A stretch of 44,901 nt of DNA, from NCBI GenBank assembly GCA_043673925.1, contig JBIMKC010000004.1:1-44901 (forward strand). Direction: 5' to 3'. Below, one piece after another: positions 10,716 to 19,728 of this stretch. Numbering within the stretch: position 1 is the stretch's first letter; the number at the start of each line of letters is the position of its first letter. The notes beneath the pieces were generated by a model, which saw nothing but the letters and a program-made list of their open reading frames with translations, made no database searches and was not told where the DNA came from. Origin of the DNA: Chromatiales bacterium. Lineage in GTDB: Bacteria > Pseudomonadota > Gammaproteobacteria > JACCXJ01. A program made the translations under genes and the position numbers.

Positions 10716-11689
10716 AACCGGTGCTTGTGACAGGCGGGGCCGGTTACATCGGCAGTCACGTCGTGCGCCAGCTCGGGGAGGGCGGCCGGGCGGTCGTCGT
10801 CGTGGACAATCTGTCTACCGGGTTCGAGAAGGCCGTTGTGCATGGGACCTTTATCGCCGGCGATGTCGGCGATCGCAGCCTAATGGAGCGCGTATTGAGG
10901 GAACACGGCATCGACACCGTCATGCATTTCGCCGCCCATACCGTCGTGCCTGAATCGGTCCGTGATCCCCTGAAATATTACGGCAACAACACCTGTAAGA
11001 CGCGCGCCTTATTGGAGGCTTGTGTGCATGCCGGTGTAACGCATTTTGTATTTTCCTCCACCGCCGCGGTCTATGGCATTCCCACGACACCGCTGGCGCG
11101 CGAAGACAGCCCAACCTGCCCGATTAATCCTTATGGGACGTCGAAGCTCGTGAGTGAATGGATGCTGCGCGATGTCGCGGCGGCCTCCCGGCTGCGCTAT
11201 GTGATCTTGCGCTATTTTAATGTCGCGGGCTCCGATCCGGAGGGCCGGATCGGACAATCGACGCGCGAGGCGACGTTATTGATCAAAGTCGCCGCCGAGG
11301 TCGCGCTGGGTAAGCGCGCCGTGCTCTCTATTTTTGGAAGCGACTATTCCACCCCTGACGGGACCGGCATCCGGGATTACATCCACGTGGATGACCTCGC
11401 TTGCGCCCACCTGCGGGCGCTCGATTATCTAGAGCGTGGCGGCGAGCCGGTGCTCCTAAACTGCGGTTACGGACACGGCTATAGCGTGCGGGAGGTCATT
11501 CGCGCCATCGAGAAGATCCACGGACAGCGTCTCAACGTGCGGGAGGAGCCCAGGCGCGCGGGCGATCCGCCGACGCTCGTGGCCGGCGCCGATCGGATCC
11601 GGTCTGTTTTGGCGTGGCGCCCGCGCTACGATGACCTGGAGTTTATCGTAAAGACTTCGCTCGACTGGGAGCAATGCAGGTTCTATTAG
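10712..11689 (+). CDS. galE: UDP-glucose 4-epimerase
   Basis: 325-aa ORF with VLVTGGAGYIGSH, an SSTAAVYG..YGTSK catalytic triad context and RYFNVAG. ATGA overlap with the upstream gene. Confidence 0.9.
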   Translation: MKPVLVTGGAGYIGSHVVRQLGEGGRAVVVVDNLSTGFEKAVVHGTFIAGDVGDRSLMERVLREHGIDTVMHFAAHTVVPESVRDPLKYYGNNTCKTRALLEACVHAGVTHFVFSSTAAVYGIPTTPLAREDSPTCPINPYGTSKLVSEWMLRDVAAASRLRYVILRYFNVAGSDPEGRIGQSTREATLLIKVAAEVALGKRAVLSIFGSDYSTPDGTGIRDYIHVDDLACAHLRALDYLERGGEPVLLNCGYGHGYSVREVIRAIEKIHGQRLNVREEPRRAGDPPTLVAGADRIRSVLAWRPRYDDLEFIVKTSLDWEQCRFY

Positions 11690-11736
11690 CACCCAGGCCA
11701 GGGTCTCACTTGTGGTGACTCAAGCGAAAACGCATT

Positions 11737-13104
11737 TCAGAGAGCGTGGTACATGGTTGAAAAGGATTCTACCGTATAGCGCCAAACCTGAAGGGTTTCG
11801 GGATCGGCATCTTGAGAAATTCCGGCTTTCCGTTTCAATTCGCGCAGAAATTCCGCGCGTCCCGGTAGCGATTCCCAGACCGCCGGCAAAAACGTCGCCC
11901 GCCGGTCCTGTTGCTGGAGGAGCACGCCGTCGGCACCAGGAGCGAGTTGATCCAAGAGCTCCGTTTCGGATTTGAAATCTAACGCGACGGGCGCATTCAA
12001 CACCGAGATGTGGATGGCAAGGCTTGCGCACTCCTCGGGGATCAGGGGCCGGAAACGCGGATCGCCGAAGGCTGCCGCGCGCGCATTCTCGGCAACATCC
12101 ATGAACAGGGGCCGATGAGGCTCCAGGCTGCCAATGCATCCCCGCAATTGGCCATGCGTTTTTAAGGTCACGAACGAGGCCCGGTGGACGCGCAGGCGTT
12201 GCGGATAATCGGCGCTGTTAATCGCCGTGTCCGGGACATGCTCGAAGCCTCGGGCGATAGAGCGAGAGGCGGCGTCCAAGAGGAGATGGCGGTCTTCCGG
12301 GCGCAAGGGGAGTGATTCGCTAGGCGAATAGAGCGCGAAAGCGCCATAGCCGACGACGCGATCCCTCGGGCCGGCCGTGTCGCCCGAATTGCGCACATCG
12401 AGCGCGGCGATGTGGAGCTTATGCTTGCGCGCGAAATGGAGTAAGCCGTTGATAGGCGCGCACCCGCACGCCTGCTCCGGGCTAAGGGTGGCCGTGCAAC
12501 TCACGATCGCGGCGGCCGTCGCCCGGTCAATTTCCCGCGCTGTCTCATAGTCGTGGTAGTGACTGAGGTCGGAGCTGACGACGATGAGAGTCTCGGCCTC
12601 CTCCCACAGCGCCTCGATGACGACGCTGACATCCTCCGGCGCGGCGCCGCCCACCACCAGCGGCACGATGGTAAATTGCTCCAGGACCGTTTGTAGGAAC
12701 GGGATCTGGACCTCGATACTATGCTCAAAGGCATGCGCGTGATCCATCACTCTAACCTGCGGGAATACTGCCAGTTTCTGGGTGGCGCCCGGGTCGAGCG
12801 CGACCTCCCCCAAGGGGGTCGCGAAGTGCTGGGCGCTCGGCAACGCGAGGCCCGGGACATAAACCCGGTGCCCCGGCCCCAAGAGAACGACCCGGCGAAT
12901 ACGCGCGCGAGCATCCGCGAGACAAGCATAGGCGGATCCTGCGACGGCTCCGGAATAAATGTAGCCGGCATGGGGTGCGATTAGGGCTTTCGGGACTTGC
13001 GAGCCGGCCTCTTGTGTCCCCAAATAACCGCCGATCATCCGGCGCAGGTCCATAGGATCGCTGGGATAAAACTGTCCCGCGACGGCGGGGGGACGCGTGT
13101 ACAC
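11737..13104 (-). CDS. Memo-like (AmmeMemoRadiSam system protein B) fused to AMMECR1 domain (protein A)
   Basis: The N-terminal ~270 aa are Memo-like: PAVAGQFYP, APHAGYIYSG, HAFEHSIEVQIPFL, SSDLSHY. The C-terminal ~180 aa are AMMECR1-like: ASFVTLKTHGQLRGCIGS. GTG start with SD AGGAG. Confidence 0.85.
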   Translation of the reverse strand: MYTRPPAVAGQFYPSDPMDLRRMIGGYLGTQEAGSQVPKALIAPHAGYIYSGAVAGSAYACLADARARIRRVVLLGPGHRVYVPGLALPSAQHFATPLGEVALDPGATQKLAVFPQVRVMDHAHAFEHSIEVQIPFLQTVLEQFTIVPLVVGGAAPEDVSVVIEALWEEAETLIVVSSDLSHYHDYETAREIDRATAAAIVSCTATLSPEQACGCAPINGLLHFARKHKLHIAALDVRNSGDTAGPRDRVVGYGAFALYSPSESLPLRPEDRHLLLDAASRSIARGFEHVPDTAINSADYPQRLRVHRASFVTLKTHGQLRGCIGSLEPHRPLFMDVAENARAAAFGDPRFRPLIPEECASLAIHISVLNAPVALDFKSETELLDQLAPGADGVLLQQQDRRATFLPAVWESLPGRAEFLRELKRKAGISQDADPETLQVWRYTVESFSTMYHAL

Positions 13105-13136
13105 AAGGCTCCTCGCTTAGGCTCTCTATGGATTCG

Positions 13137-13142
13137 ATTATA
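13137..13142 (-). promoter_or_regulatory. Putative -10 box (perfect TATAAT on the minus strand) for the Memo-AMMECR1 gene
   Basis: The plus strand reads ATTATA at 13137-13142, 33 nt upstream of the GTG start at 13104. No good -35 was found. Confidence 0.3.
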
Positions 13143-13226
13143 AGCCGAAAGCGTCCTGGAAGCTGTCCGCACCACCGTTACCCGGGTTCGCGGCGCGGGC
13201 GGGCCGCTCTAATTGCCCGAACGCAC

Positions 13227-13255
13227 TTGAAAAAAGTACCTCAGAACCCTATCAT
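13227..13255 (+). promoter_or_regulatory. Putative sigma-70 promoter of the tRNA-fMet/rimP-nusA-infB operon
   Basis: TTGAAA (13227-13232), 17-nt spacer, TATCAT (13250-13255), 15 nt upstream of the tRNA 5' end. Confidence 0.45.
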
Positions 13256-13270
13256 TATCGGTCCGACCAT

Positions 13271-13347
13271 TGCGGGGTGGAGCAGTCTGGCAGCTCGTCG
13301 GGCTCATAACCCGAAGGTCGCAGGTTCAAATCCTGCCCCCGCTACCA
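13271..13347 (+). tRNA. metY: Initiator tRNA-fMet (anticodon CAU)
   Basis: 77-nt cloverleaf folded by hand. Anticodon loop CTCATAA, three consecutive G:C pairs closing the anticodon stem (GGG/CCC), unpaired 1:72, T-loop TTCAAAT, encoded CCA. Near-identical to E. coli tRNA-fMet and in the same position upstream of rimP-nusA-infB. Confidence 0.95.
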
Positions 13348-13348
13348 T

Positions 13349-13376
13349 AGCCCCGAGAGCCGGGGCTTTTTATTTT
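13349..13376 (+). terminator. Rho-independent terminator/attenuator between tRNA-fMet and rimP
   Basis: 7-bp stem AGCCCCG/CGGGGCT (13349-13355 / 13361-13367), 5-nt loop, then TTTTATTTT. Confidence 0.7.
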
Positions 13377-13386
13377 AGTCGGTAAC

Positions 13387-13875
13387 GTGCACGTGGATAC
13401 GAGGGAGTTAGAAGCCATCATCGAGCCCGTCGTGGCGGGCCTCGGGTATGAATTTGTCGGCATTGAACGTACCGTCGCCAGACGCGCGCCGTTGATACGG
13501 GTGTATATCGATAGCGCCAGTGGAATTACATTGAGAGATTGTGAACGCGTGAGCCAGCAGGTGAGCAGTGTCATGGATGTTGAGGATCCCGTCACCGGGT
13601 CCTATACGCTTGAGGTTTCTTCCCCGGGATTGGACCGCCCGCTGTTTACTCTCGATCAGTATTCGCGTTTTCTTCAAAGCACCGTGAGCATTGAGACGAT
13701 ACGTTTGGTCCACGGGCGCCGAAAATTCCGCGGGCGCTTGAACGCGGTCACCGTTAACGAGATCAGCTTCACCGAACAGGAAGGGGAACCCTATACGCTG
13801 CCCTTCGATCTCATACACCGGGCCCGCTTGGTGCCGCAATTCGAGTCCAAAAAACCGGCGAGGCGTAGCAGATGA
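13387..13875 (+). CDS. rimP: Ribosome maturation factor RimP
   Basis: 162-aa ORF with GTG start. LGYEFVGIE and [13 protein letters not shown] align position-for-position with E. coli RimP. Confidence 0.9.
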   Translation: MHVDTRELEAIIEPVVAGLGYEFVGIERTVARRAPLIRVYIDSASGITLRDCERVSQQVSSVMDVEDPVTGSYTLEVSSPGLDRPLFTLDQYSRFLQSTVSIETIRLVHGRRKFRGRLNAVTVNEISFTEQEGEPYTLPFDLIHRARLVPQFESKKPARRSR

Positions 13876-15443
13876 ACAAGGATATCCTTACTGTCGTCGA
13901 GGTTGTTTCCAACGAGAAGGGGGTAAATAAGGAGATCATTTTCGAGGCCTTGGAAGCGGCGCTTGCGAGCGCGACAACCAAACGTTATCGCAACGACATC
14001 GATGTGCGCGTATCCATCGACCGGCAGACCGGGGACTATGAAGCCTTCCGGCGTTGGCAGGTTATCGATGAGACCGTAGCCACCCTTGCGGCGGAGGCCG
14101 GAACCGATGGCGCCCCGATCGGCACGGGCGGGATCGAGTTTCCAGAGCGTCAAATCTCTCTCAGCAAGGCGCGCGAGATCCGTCCCGAGGTGAGCCACGG
14201 CGAATATATAGAGGAACCCATGGAGGCTGCGGCGTTTGGGCGTATCGCCGCGCAAGCGGCGAAGCAAGTCATCGTTCAGAAGGTGCGCGAGGCCGAACGC
14301 AAGCAGATTGTGGAAGCCTATGAGAGCCGCATGGGCCAGCTAATTACCGGCGTCGTGAAGCGCGTCGATCGCGGTAGCGTGACATTGGATCTCGGCGGCA
14401 ACGCGGAAGCGATGATTGCGCGCGAGGATATGATCGCGCGCGAAGCAGTGCGGCCGGGGGATCGGCTACGAGGATACTTGAGCGAAGTGCGGCCGGAGAA
14501 ACGCGGTCCGCAGTTATTCGTCAGCCGCACGGCCACGAAGCTCCTAATCGAGTTGTTCAAGATCGAGGTTCCCGAGATTGGTGAAGGTCTCATCGAGGTG
14601 CTCGGGGCGGCGCGCGATCCGGGTCTGCGCGCGAAGATCGCCGTCAAAAGCAAGGACCCTCGGATCGATCCGGTCGGCGCCTGTGTCGGCATGCGCGGGT
14701 CGCGCGTGCAAGCTGTCTCCAACGATCTCGCCGGAGAACGGGTCGATATTATCCTTTGGAATGAAAACCCGGCGCAGTTCGTCATTAACGCCATGTCGCC
14801 CGCCGAAGTCGTGTCCATCATAGTGGATGAGGATGCGCACAGCATGGATGTGGCGGTCGTGGAGGAGCAACTATCGCAGGCGATCGGCCGTAACGGGCAG
14901 AACGTCCGGCTCGCGAGCCAACTGACCGGCTGGGAGCTGAATGTGATGACCGAAACCGAAGCGGCCGACAAGACCGAGGCGGAAGCCCAGCGTATACAGC
15001 AGATATTCGTAGAAAATCTGCATGTCGACCAGGAAGTCGCTAACATTTTGACGCAGGAAGGCTTCTCGAGCATCGAGGAAGTCGCGTTCGTTCCGGAACA
15101 GGAAATGATCGAGATCGAGGAGTTCGATGCGGATCTGGTGGCCGAGTTACGCAATCGGGCCAAGGATTGGTTATTGACCAAGGCCATCGCCACCGAGGAA
15201 CGTCTCGGTGATGTCATGCCGTCGGAAGATCTGCTCAATATGGAAGGCATGGATCCAGAGCTAGCCTACCGGTTGGCCGCGGGGGCAATTGTGACAATGG
15301 ACGATTTGGCGGAGCAGTCGGTAGATGAGCTGGTAGAAATCGGTGGCATCAGCGGCGAGCGGGCCGGCCGGCTCATCATGACCGCCCGCGCCCCGTGGTT
15401 TAAGGCTGCGCAGGAAGAGACCGGGGAGCAGGTGCATGGCTGA
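13872..15443 (+). CDS. nusA: Transcription termination/antitermination factor NusA
   Basis: 523-aa ORF starting [18 protein letters not shown], with S1 and KH domains ([35 protein letters not shown]) and C-terminal acidic repeats. ATGA overlap with rimP. Confidence 0.97.
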   Translation: MNKDILTVVEVVSNEKGVNKEIIFEALEAALASATTKRYRNDIDVRVSIDRQTGDYEAFRRWQVIDETVATLAAEAGTDGAPIGTGGIEFPERQISLSKAREIRPEVSHGEYIEEPMEAAAFGRIAAQAAKQVIVQKVREAERKQIVEAYESRMGQLITGVVKRVDRGSVTLDLGGNAEAMIAREDMIAREAVRPGDRLRGYLSEVRPEKRGPQLFVSRTATKLLIELFKIEVPEIGEGLIEVLGAARDPGLRAKIAVKSKDPRIDPVGACVGMRGSRVQAVSNDLAGERVDIILWNENPAQFVINAMSPAEVVSIIVDEDAHSMDVAVVEEQLSQAIGRNGQNVRLASQLTGWELNVMTETEAADKTEAEAQRIQQIFVENLHVDQEVANILTQEGFSSIEEVAFVPEQEMIEIEEFDADLVAELRNRAKDWLLTKAIATEERLGDVMPSEDLLNMEGMDPELAYRLAAGAIVTMDDLAEQSVDELVEIGGISGERAGRLIMTARAPWFKAAQEETGEQVHG

Positions 15444-17961
15444 AGTGACGGTTAAGCAGTTCGCGGACGTGGTTGGAATTTCCATCGACCGGCTGCTCGC
15501 GCAACTGGGCGAGGCCGGGCTGCCGGATAAACAACCCGGCGATCCAATGAGCGATCGGGAGAAAAACCAATTGCTTGTCCATCTGCGGCAGCTGCACGGG
15601 CGCGCCGATGAAAGCGCCGAACCGAACCGCATCGTCCTGCGCCGCAAGACCATCAGTGAAATCAAGCTCCCTACCGATCGGCGTAGCGTGCGCAGCAGCA
15701 GCAGCACAAAAACGGTGAGCGTCGAGTTCCGCAAGAAGCGCACCTATGTGAAACGTAGCGTATTCGCGGAGGCAGAGGCACAGCGCCGAGCCGACGAGAC
15801 CGCGGAACAAGAACGGTTGGTGGCCCTGAAGCTCGGCCGCGCCCGCGAGGAAGAGGTCAAAACCCAGGAGCTGGAAGCGCGCCGGCGTGCCGAGGAAGCG
15901 GAGGCTCGCGCACGGGCCGACGCCGAGCCGGAACGAGTCTTAGCGCCGGTGGAGGAGGCGCTCCGCGAAGCGCCACCACGGATCCCGATCCCGGCCGCTG
16001 CGGAGCCGCTGGTAAAACGCCAAGCCCACACCGATAAGGTCCCGGCCAAGCGCCAAAAAGAGCCGTCAAGCGAACCGGTCATCGATCAGCGAGAGTTGCA
16101 TGTTGCAATCAATAGAACGACCCGCCGGAAGAAGAAACCGGGGCCTCGGCGAATGGTCGTGCCGCTCGCGCCCAAGCACGGTTTCGAGATGCCGACGGCG
16201 CCCATCGTGCGTGAGATCGCGATCCCTGAACGGGTCACCGTCGCCGAGTTGGCGCAACGGATGTCGGTCAAGGCGGCTGAGGTCATCAAAGTCATGATCA
16301 ACCTCGGGACGATGGCGAGCATTAATCAAGTGCTCGATCAGGAGACGGCGGTGATAGTGGTTGGGGAGATGGGCCACAAGGCCAAGCCGCTTAAAGACGA
16401 TGCGGTGGAGGCGGAACTACTCGGAGTTCCCGATACCATCGAGTGGGAGAAAGTGGCGCGCCCCCCCGTGGTCACGATCATGGGCCACGTCGATCACGGC
16501 AAGACTTCATTGCTCGATCACATACGCCGCACCCGGGTTGCTGCCGGAGAGGCCGGCGGGATCACGCAGCATATCGGCGCTTACCATGTGCTCGTCCGGG
16601 AGGGCTCCATTACGTTTTTGGATACGCCGGGTCATGCGGCTTTTACGGCCATGCGGGCGCGCGGCGCTAAAGTCACCGACATCGTGGTATTAGTGGTCGC
16701 GGCCGACGACGGGGTGAAAACGCAAACGATCGAGGCCGTGCAGCATGCGCAGGCGGCGAATGCGCCGATACTGGTCGCCGTCAATAAGATCGATAAGCCG
16801 GGCGCGGACCCCGAGCGCGTTAAGCAAGAGTTAACGGGGCACGGCATCGTACCGGAGGAGTGGGGAGGGGATGCGATATTCGTGAACGTTTCCGCTAAGA
16901 CTGGGGAAGGTATCGACCGCTTACTGGAATCGATCCTGCTGCAGGCCGAGGTTCTCGAGCTCCTGGCGGTGCCCACCGGACCGGCGTCCGGGGTGGTGAT
17001 CGAATCCCGATTGGACAAGGGGCGAGGCCCGGTCGCCACGATCTTGGTGCAACAAGGCCTGCTCAAGCGGGGAGATATTTTACTCACGGGCCAGGAATTC
17101 GGCCGCGTCCGCGCGATGTTGGATGAAAACGGGCTATCGATCGAGGAAGCCGGGCCGTCGCTGCCCGTGGAAGTCCTGGGCTTGTCGAGTGCCCCCAATG
17201 CGGGCGATGAGGCGGTGGTCGTCGCCGATGAACGCAAGGCGCGCGAGATCGCCCAGGTTAGGCAGGGTAAGACTCGAGAAGGCAAGCTCGCACGGCAACA
17301 AGCAGCCAAGCTCGATGATGTTCTGCTGCAGATGGAGGAAGGAAAAACCAGTAGCCTGAACGTCTTGATTAAAGCCGACGTGCAAGGATCCGCGGAAGCC
17401 TTGGTCGATGCCTTGACTAAACTCGCCACCGACGAGGTGCGCGTCAACGTCATCGCGAACGGTGTGGGCGGGATCAGCGAGTCCGATGTGAATCTCGCCG
17501 TGGCGTCGAAGGCGATCGTGATCGGGTTCAACGTGCGCGCCGATGCCAGCGCCCGGAAGTTGGTCGAAGAAACCGGCGTGGAGCTACATTATCACAGCAT
17601 TATTTACAACGTGATCGATGAAATGAAAGCGGCATTGAGCGGTATGCTCGCACCGGAGGTCAAGGAGCAGATTATTGGCATGGCGGAAGTACGCGATGTG
17701 TTTCGATCGTCGAAGTTTGGCGCGATCGCGGGTTGTATCGTCACGACCGGCGCCGTGCGCCGCGCCAACCCTATACGCGTGCTGAGAAATAACATCGTGA
17801 TTTACGAAGGGCAACTGGAGTCGCTGCGCCGCTTTCGGGACGATGTCAACGAAGTGAAATCCGGCACCGAATGCGGAATCGGCGTTAAGGACTACGACGA
17901 TGTGAAGCCGGGCGACCAGATTGAAGTCTTCGAGCGCATCACGCTCGCTCGCAGCATCTAG
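15436..17961 (+). CDS. infB: Translation initiation factor IF-2
   Basis: 841-aa ORF with a charged N-terminal region and a GTPase domain ([27 protein letters not shown]). 8-nt overlap with nusA. Confidence 0.97.
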   Translation: MAEVTVKQFADVVGISIDRLLAQLGEAGLPDKQPGDPMSDREKNQLLVHLRQLHGRADESAEPNRIVLRRKTISEIKLPTDRRSVRSSSSTKTVSVEFRKKRTYVKRSVFAEAEAQRRADETAEQERLVALKLGRAREEEVKTQELEARRRAEEAEARARADAEPERVLAPVEEALREAPPRIPIPAAAEPLVKRQAHTDKVPAKRQKEPSSEPVIDQRELHVAINRTTRRKKKPGPRRMVVPLAPKHGFEMPTAPIVREIAIPERVTVAELAQRMSVKAAEVIKVMINLGTMASINQVLDQETAVIVVGEMGHKAKPLKDDAVEAELLGVPDTIEWEKVARPPVVTIMGHVDHGKTSLLDHIRRTRVAAGEAGGITQHIGAYHVLVREGSITFLDTPGHAAFTAMRARGAKVTDIVVLVVAADDGVKTQTIEAVQHAQAANAPILVAVNKIDKPGADPERVKQELTGHGIVPEEWGGDAIFVNVSAKTGEGIDRLLESILLQAEVLELLAVPTGPASGVVIESRLDKGRGPVATILVQQGLLKRGDILLTGQEFGRVRAMLDENGLSIEEAGPSLPVEVLGLSSAPNAGDEAVVVADERKAREIAQVRQGKTREGKLARQQAAKLDDVLLQMEEGKTSSLNVLIKADVQGSAEALVDALTKLATDEVRVNVIANGVGGISESDVNLAVASKAIVIGFNVRADASARKLVEETGVELHYHSIIYNVIDEMKAALSGMLAPEVKEQIIGMAEVRDVFRSSKFGAIAGCIVTTGAVRRANPIRVLRNNIVIYEGQLESLRRFRDDVNEVKSGTECGIGVKDYDDVKPGDQIEVFERITLARSI

Positions 17962-17967
17962 AGCGCA

Positions 17968-18333
17968 ATGGGACAGGAATTCGGCCGCAAGCTACGCCTT
18001 GCGGAGCAAATCAAACGGGAACTCGCGCCGCTCGTATCGCGGACCGCGCAAGACGCCCGTTTGGGTCTGGTGACCGTCACGGCGGTCGATCTCACGGCGG
18101 ACCTGCACGACGCCAAGGTCTATGTATCCTGCCTCGGGGGCAGCGCAGAGGAGGTCGTGGCCCGGCTAAAGCGCGCTGCGGGGTGTTTCCGAACGGTCCT
18201 GGCTCGGCGTTTGAGCCTCCGGGCGGTCCCGCGCCTGCTCATCCATCATGACGAGACGTTGGAGCGAGTCGAACGTCTGGCGGCGCTGCTCAAAGGGACC
18301 GATTCCGGCGGGGAAGTTCCGCGTTCGCGCTAG
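17968..18333 (+). CDS. rbfA: Ribosome-binding factor A
   Basis: 121-aa ORF with LVTVTAVDLTADLHDAKVYVS, in the conserved position after infB. Confidence 0.92.
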   Translation: MGQEFGRKLRLAEQIKRELAPLVSRTAQDARLGLVTVTAVDLTADLHDAKVYVSCLGGSAEEVVARLKRAAGCFRTVLARRLSLRAVPRLLIHHDETLERVERLAALLKGTDSGGEVPRSR

Positions 18334-18350
18334 AATTGGCGTTGAGCCCG

Positions 18351-19268
18351 ATGGCGAACCGTCACGGCCGGCAGGGCCGAGATATCCACGGGATCTTATT
18401 GTTCGACAAGCCTCCCGGCCTTAGCTCCAACGATGTCCTGCAACGGGTTAAGCGCTTATTTCACGCCCGCAAGGTTGGGCACACGGGGAGCTTGGATCCC
18501 TTGGCCACGGGCCTGTTACCGTTCTGCTTTGGCGAGGCGACCAAGCTTTCTGGGTTTCTCCTGAACGCGAATAAACGTTACCTCGCCACGGTAAAACTGG
18601 GCGTCTCGACCACCACCGGCGATGCCGAAGGCGACATCACGCGCGCGGTGACGCCGCCCGCATTCGAGCTGGAAACGCTCCACGAAGTGCTGGCATCGTT
18701 CACCGGACGCTTACAGCAGACCCCGCCCATGCATTCGGCGATCAAGCACCAGGGCCGCCGGCTGTATGAGCTTGCACATCAAGGGATCACGGTCGCGCGC
18801 ACGGCGCGTACGGTGGTCATACATGCGCTGCGTTTGCTGCGCTATGGCGATGACGGTGTGGACATAGCGGTTGAGTGTTCCAAGGGCACCTATATCCGAA
18901 CCTTAGCTACAGATATCGGTGAGCGGCTGGGTTGCGGCGCCCACGTGCGGGCGCTGCAACGGGTTGGAGTCGGGCCTTTCGACATCGATGCCGCGCTCGA
19001 TTTCGAAACGCTGCAGCGATTAGCGCAGGAAGGACTGGAGGCGCTGACGCGCTCGTTGCTCGATATTGATAGAATTTTATTCGCTGAGCCGCATATCGCT
19101 TTGTCTCGGGACGCCGCCTACTACTTGTGCCGCGGCCAAGCGGTGGTGGTGCCGCATGCGCCGACGCACGGCCTAGTCAGGCTCTACGACCACCACATGC
19201 ATTTTTTGGGTGTCGGGCAGGTGCTCGAAGATGGCAGAATCGCGCCGCGGCGCTTGCTGCGGCGGTGA
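18351..19268 (+). CDS. truB: tRNA pseudouridine-55 synthase
   Basis: GILLFDKPPGLSSNDVLQRVKR...GHTGSLDPLATGLLP. ATG at 18351 is preferred over the track's 18336 by alignment to the E. coli TruB N-terminus. Confidence 0.93.
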   Translation: MANRHGRQGRDIHGILLFDKPPGLSSNDVLQRVKRLFHARKVGHTGSLDPLATGLLPFCFGEATKLSGFLLNANKRYLATVKLGVSTTTGDAEGDITRAVTPPAFELETLHEVLASFTGRLQQTPPMHSAIKHQGRRLYELAHQGITVARTARTVVIHALRLLRYGDDGVDIAVECSKGTYIRTLATDIGERLGCGAHVRALQRVGVGPFDIDAALDFETLQRLAQEGLEALTRSLLDIDRILFAEPHIALSRDAAYYLCRGQAVVVPHAPTHGLVRLYDHHMHFLGVGQVLEDGRIAPRRLLRR

Positions 19269-19307
19269 AAAGCAGCGCTTGTCCGAAGCTGCGTTTATGC
19301 GTGTTCC

Positions 19308-19336
19308 TTGTTCGGACCCGGAGCGCTCGTTACAAT
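19308..19336 (+). promoter_or_regulatory. Putative sigma-70 promoter of rpsO
   Basis: TTGTTC (19308-19313), 17-nt spacer, TACAAT (19331-19336), 41 nt upstream of the rpsO ATG. Confidence 0.45.
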
Positions 19337-19377
19337 AACCGGTTCAAATCGTGAGTTGCATAGGTTTAGGGGGTCTG

Positions 19378-19647
19378 ATGGTACTGCCGCCGGCACTAAA
19401 AAAAGATGTCATAGATAAATTCAAGCGCTCCCCGGGCGACACCGGATCGCCCGAGGTGCAGGTCGCGCTTATTACCCGCCGTATCGAGGATCTGGCGGAG
19501 CATTTTAAAACGCACCAATCCGACCACCACTCTCGCCAGGGCTTGCTAAGGATGGTCAACAAACGGCGTAAGTTACTGGATTATATCAAGCAATTTAATA
19601 TGCAGCGCTATCGAGAGTTAATCAGCGGCTTGGGATTGCGCAGATAG
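19378..19647 (+). CDS. rpsO: 30S ribosomal protein S15
   Basis: 89 aa from ATG 19378 (SD AGGGGG) with [13 protein letters not shown]...[20 protein letters not shown]. The track ORF start at 19351 is an N-terminal over-extension. Confidence 0.95.
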   Translation: MVLPPALKKDVIDKFKRSPGDTGSPEVQVALITRRIEDLAEHFKTHQSDHHSRQGLLRMVNKRRKLLDYIKQFNMQRYRELISGLGLRR

Positions 19648-19672
19648 GCAATCGTTATCGCCTTAGACTACT

Positions 19673-19690
19673 CGCCGCATCGATGCGGCG
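19673..19690 (+). terminator. Perfect 18-nt palindrome/hairpin in the rpsO-pnp spacer (rpsO terminator or pnp-leader processing stem)
   Basis: CGCCGCATCGATGCGGCG is its own reverse complement. It is followed by GTTTGC, so there is no strong U-tract. Confidence 0.5.
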
Positions 19691-19728
19691 GTTTGCACCT
19701 ACCATTTTCCATTTAGTCGAGCACCAGC

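Noticed and set aside
14318-15250. 310-aa ORF antisense to nusA
   Set aside because: It is entirely nested opposite a highly conserved gene. The product is Ser/Arg/Thr/Ala-rich low complexity with no recognisable domain. This is a typical shadow ORF of GC-rich coding DNA.
15692-15706. (GCA)5 trinucleotide repeat inside infB
   Set aside because: It is short, in-frame (encoding Ser-Ser-Ser-Ser) and lies in the variable, low-complexity N-terminal region of IF-2. It is not a meaningful repeat locus.
16632-17531. 299-aa ORF antisense to infB
   Set aside because: Same reasoning: it lies opposite the IF-2 GTPase and domain II region, the composition is Ser/Ala/Thr/Pro-rich, and it has no start context or motif.
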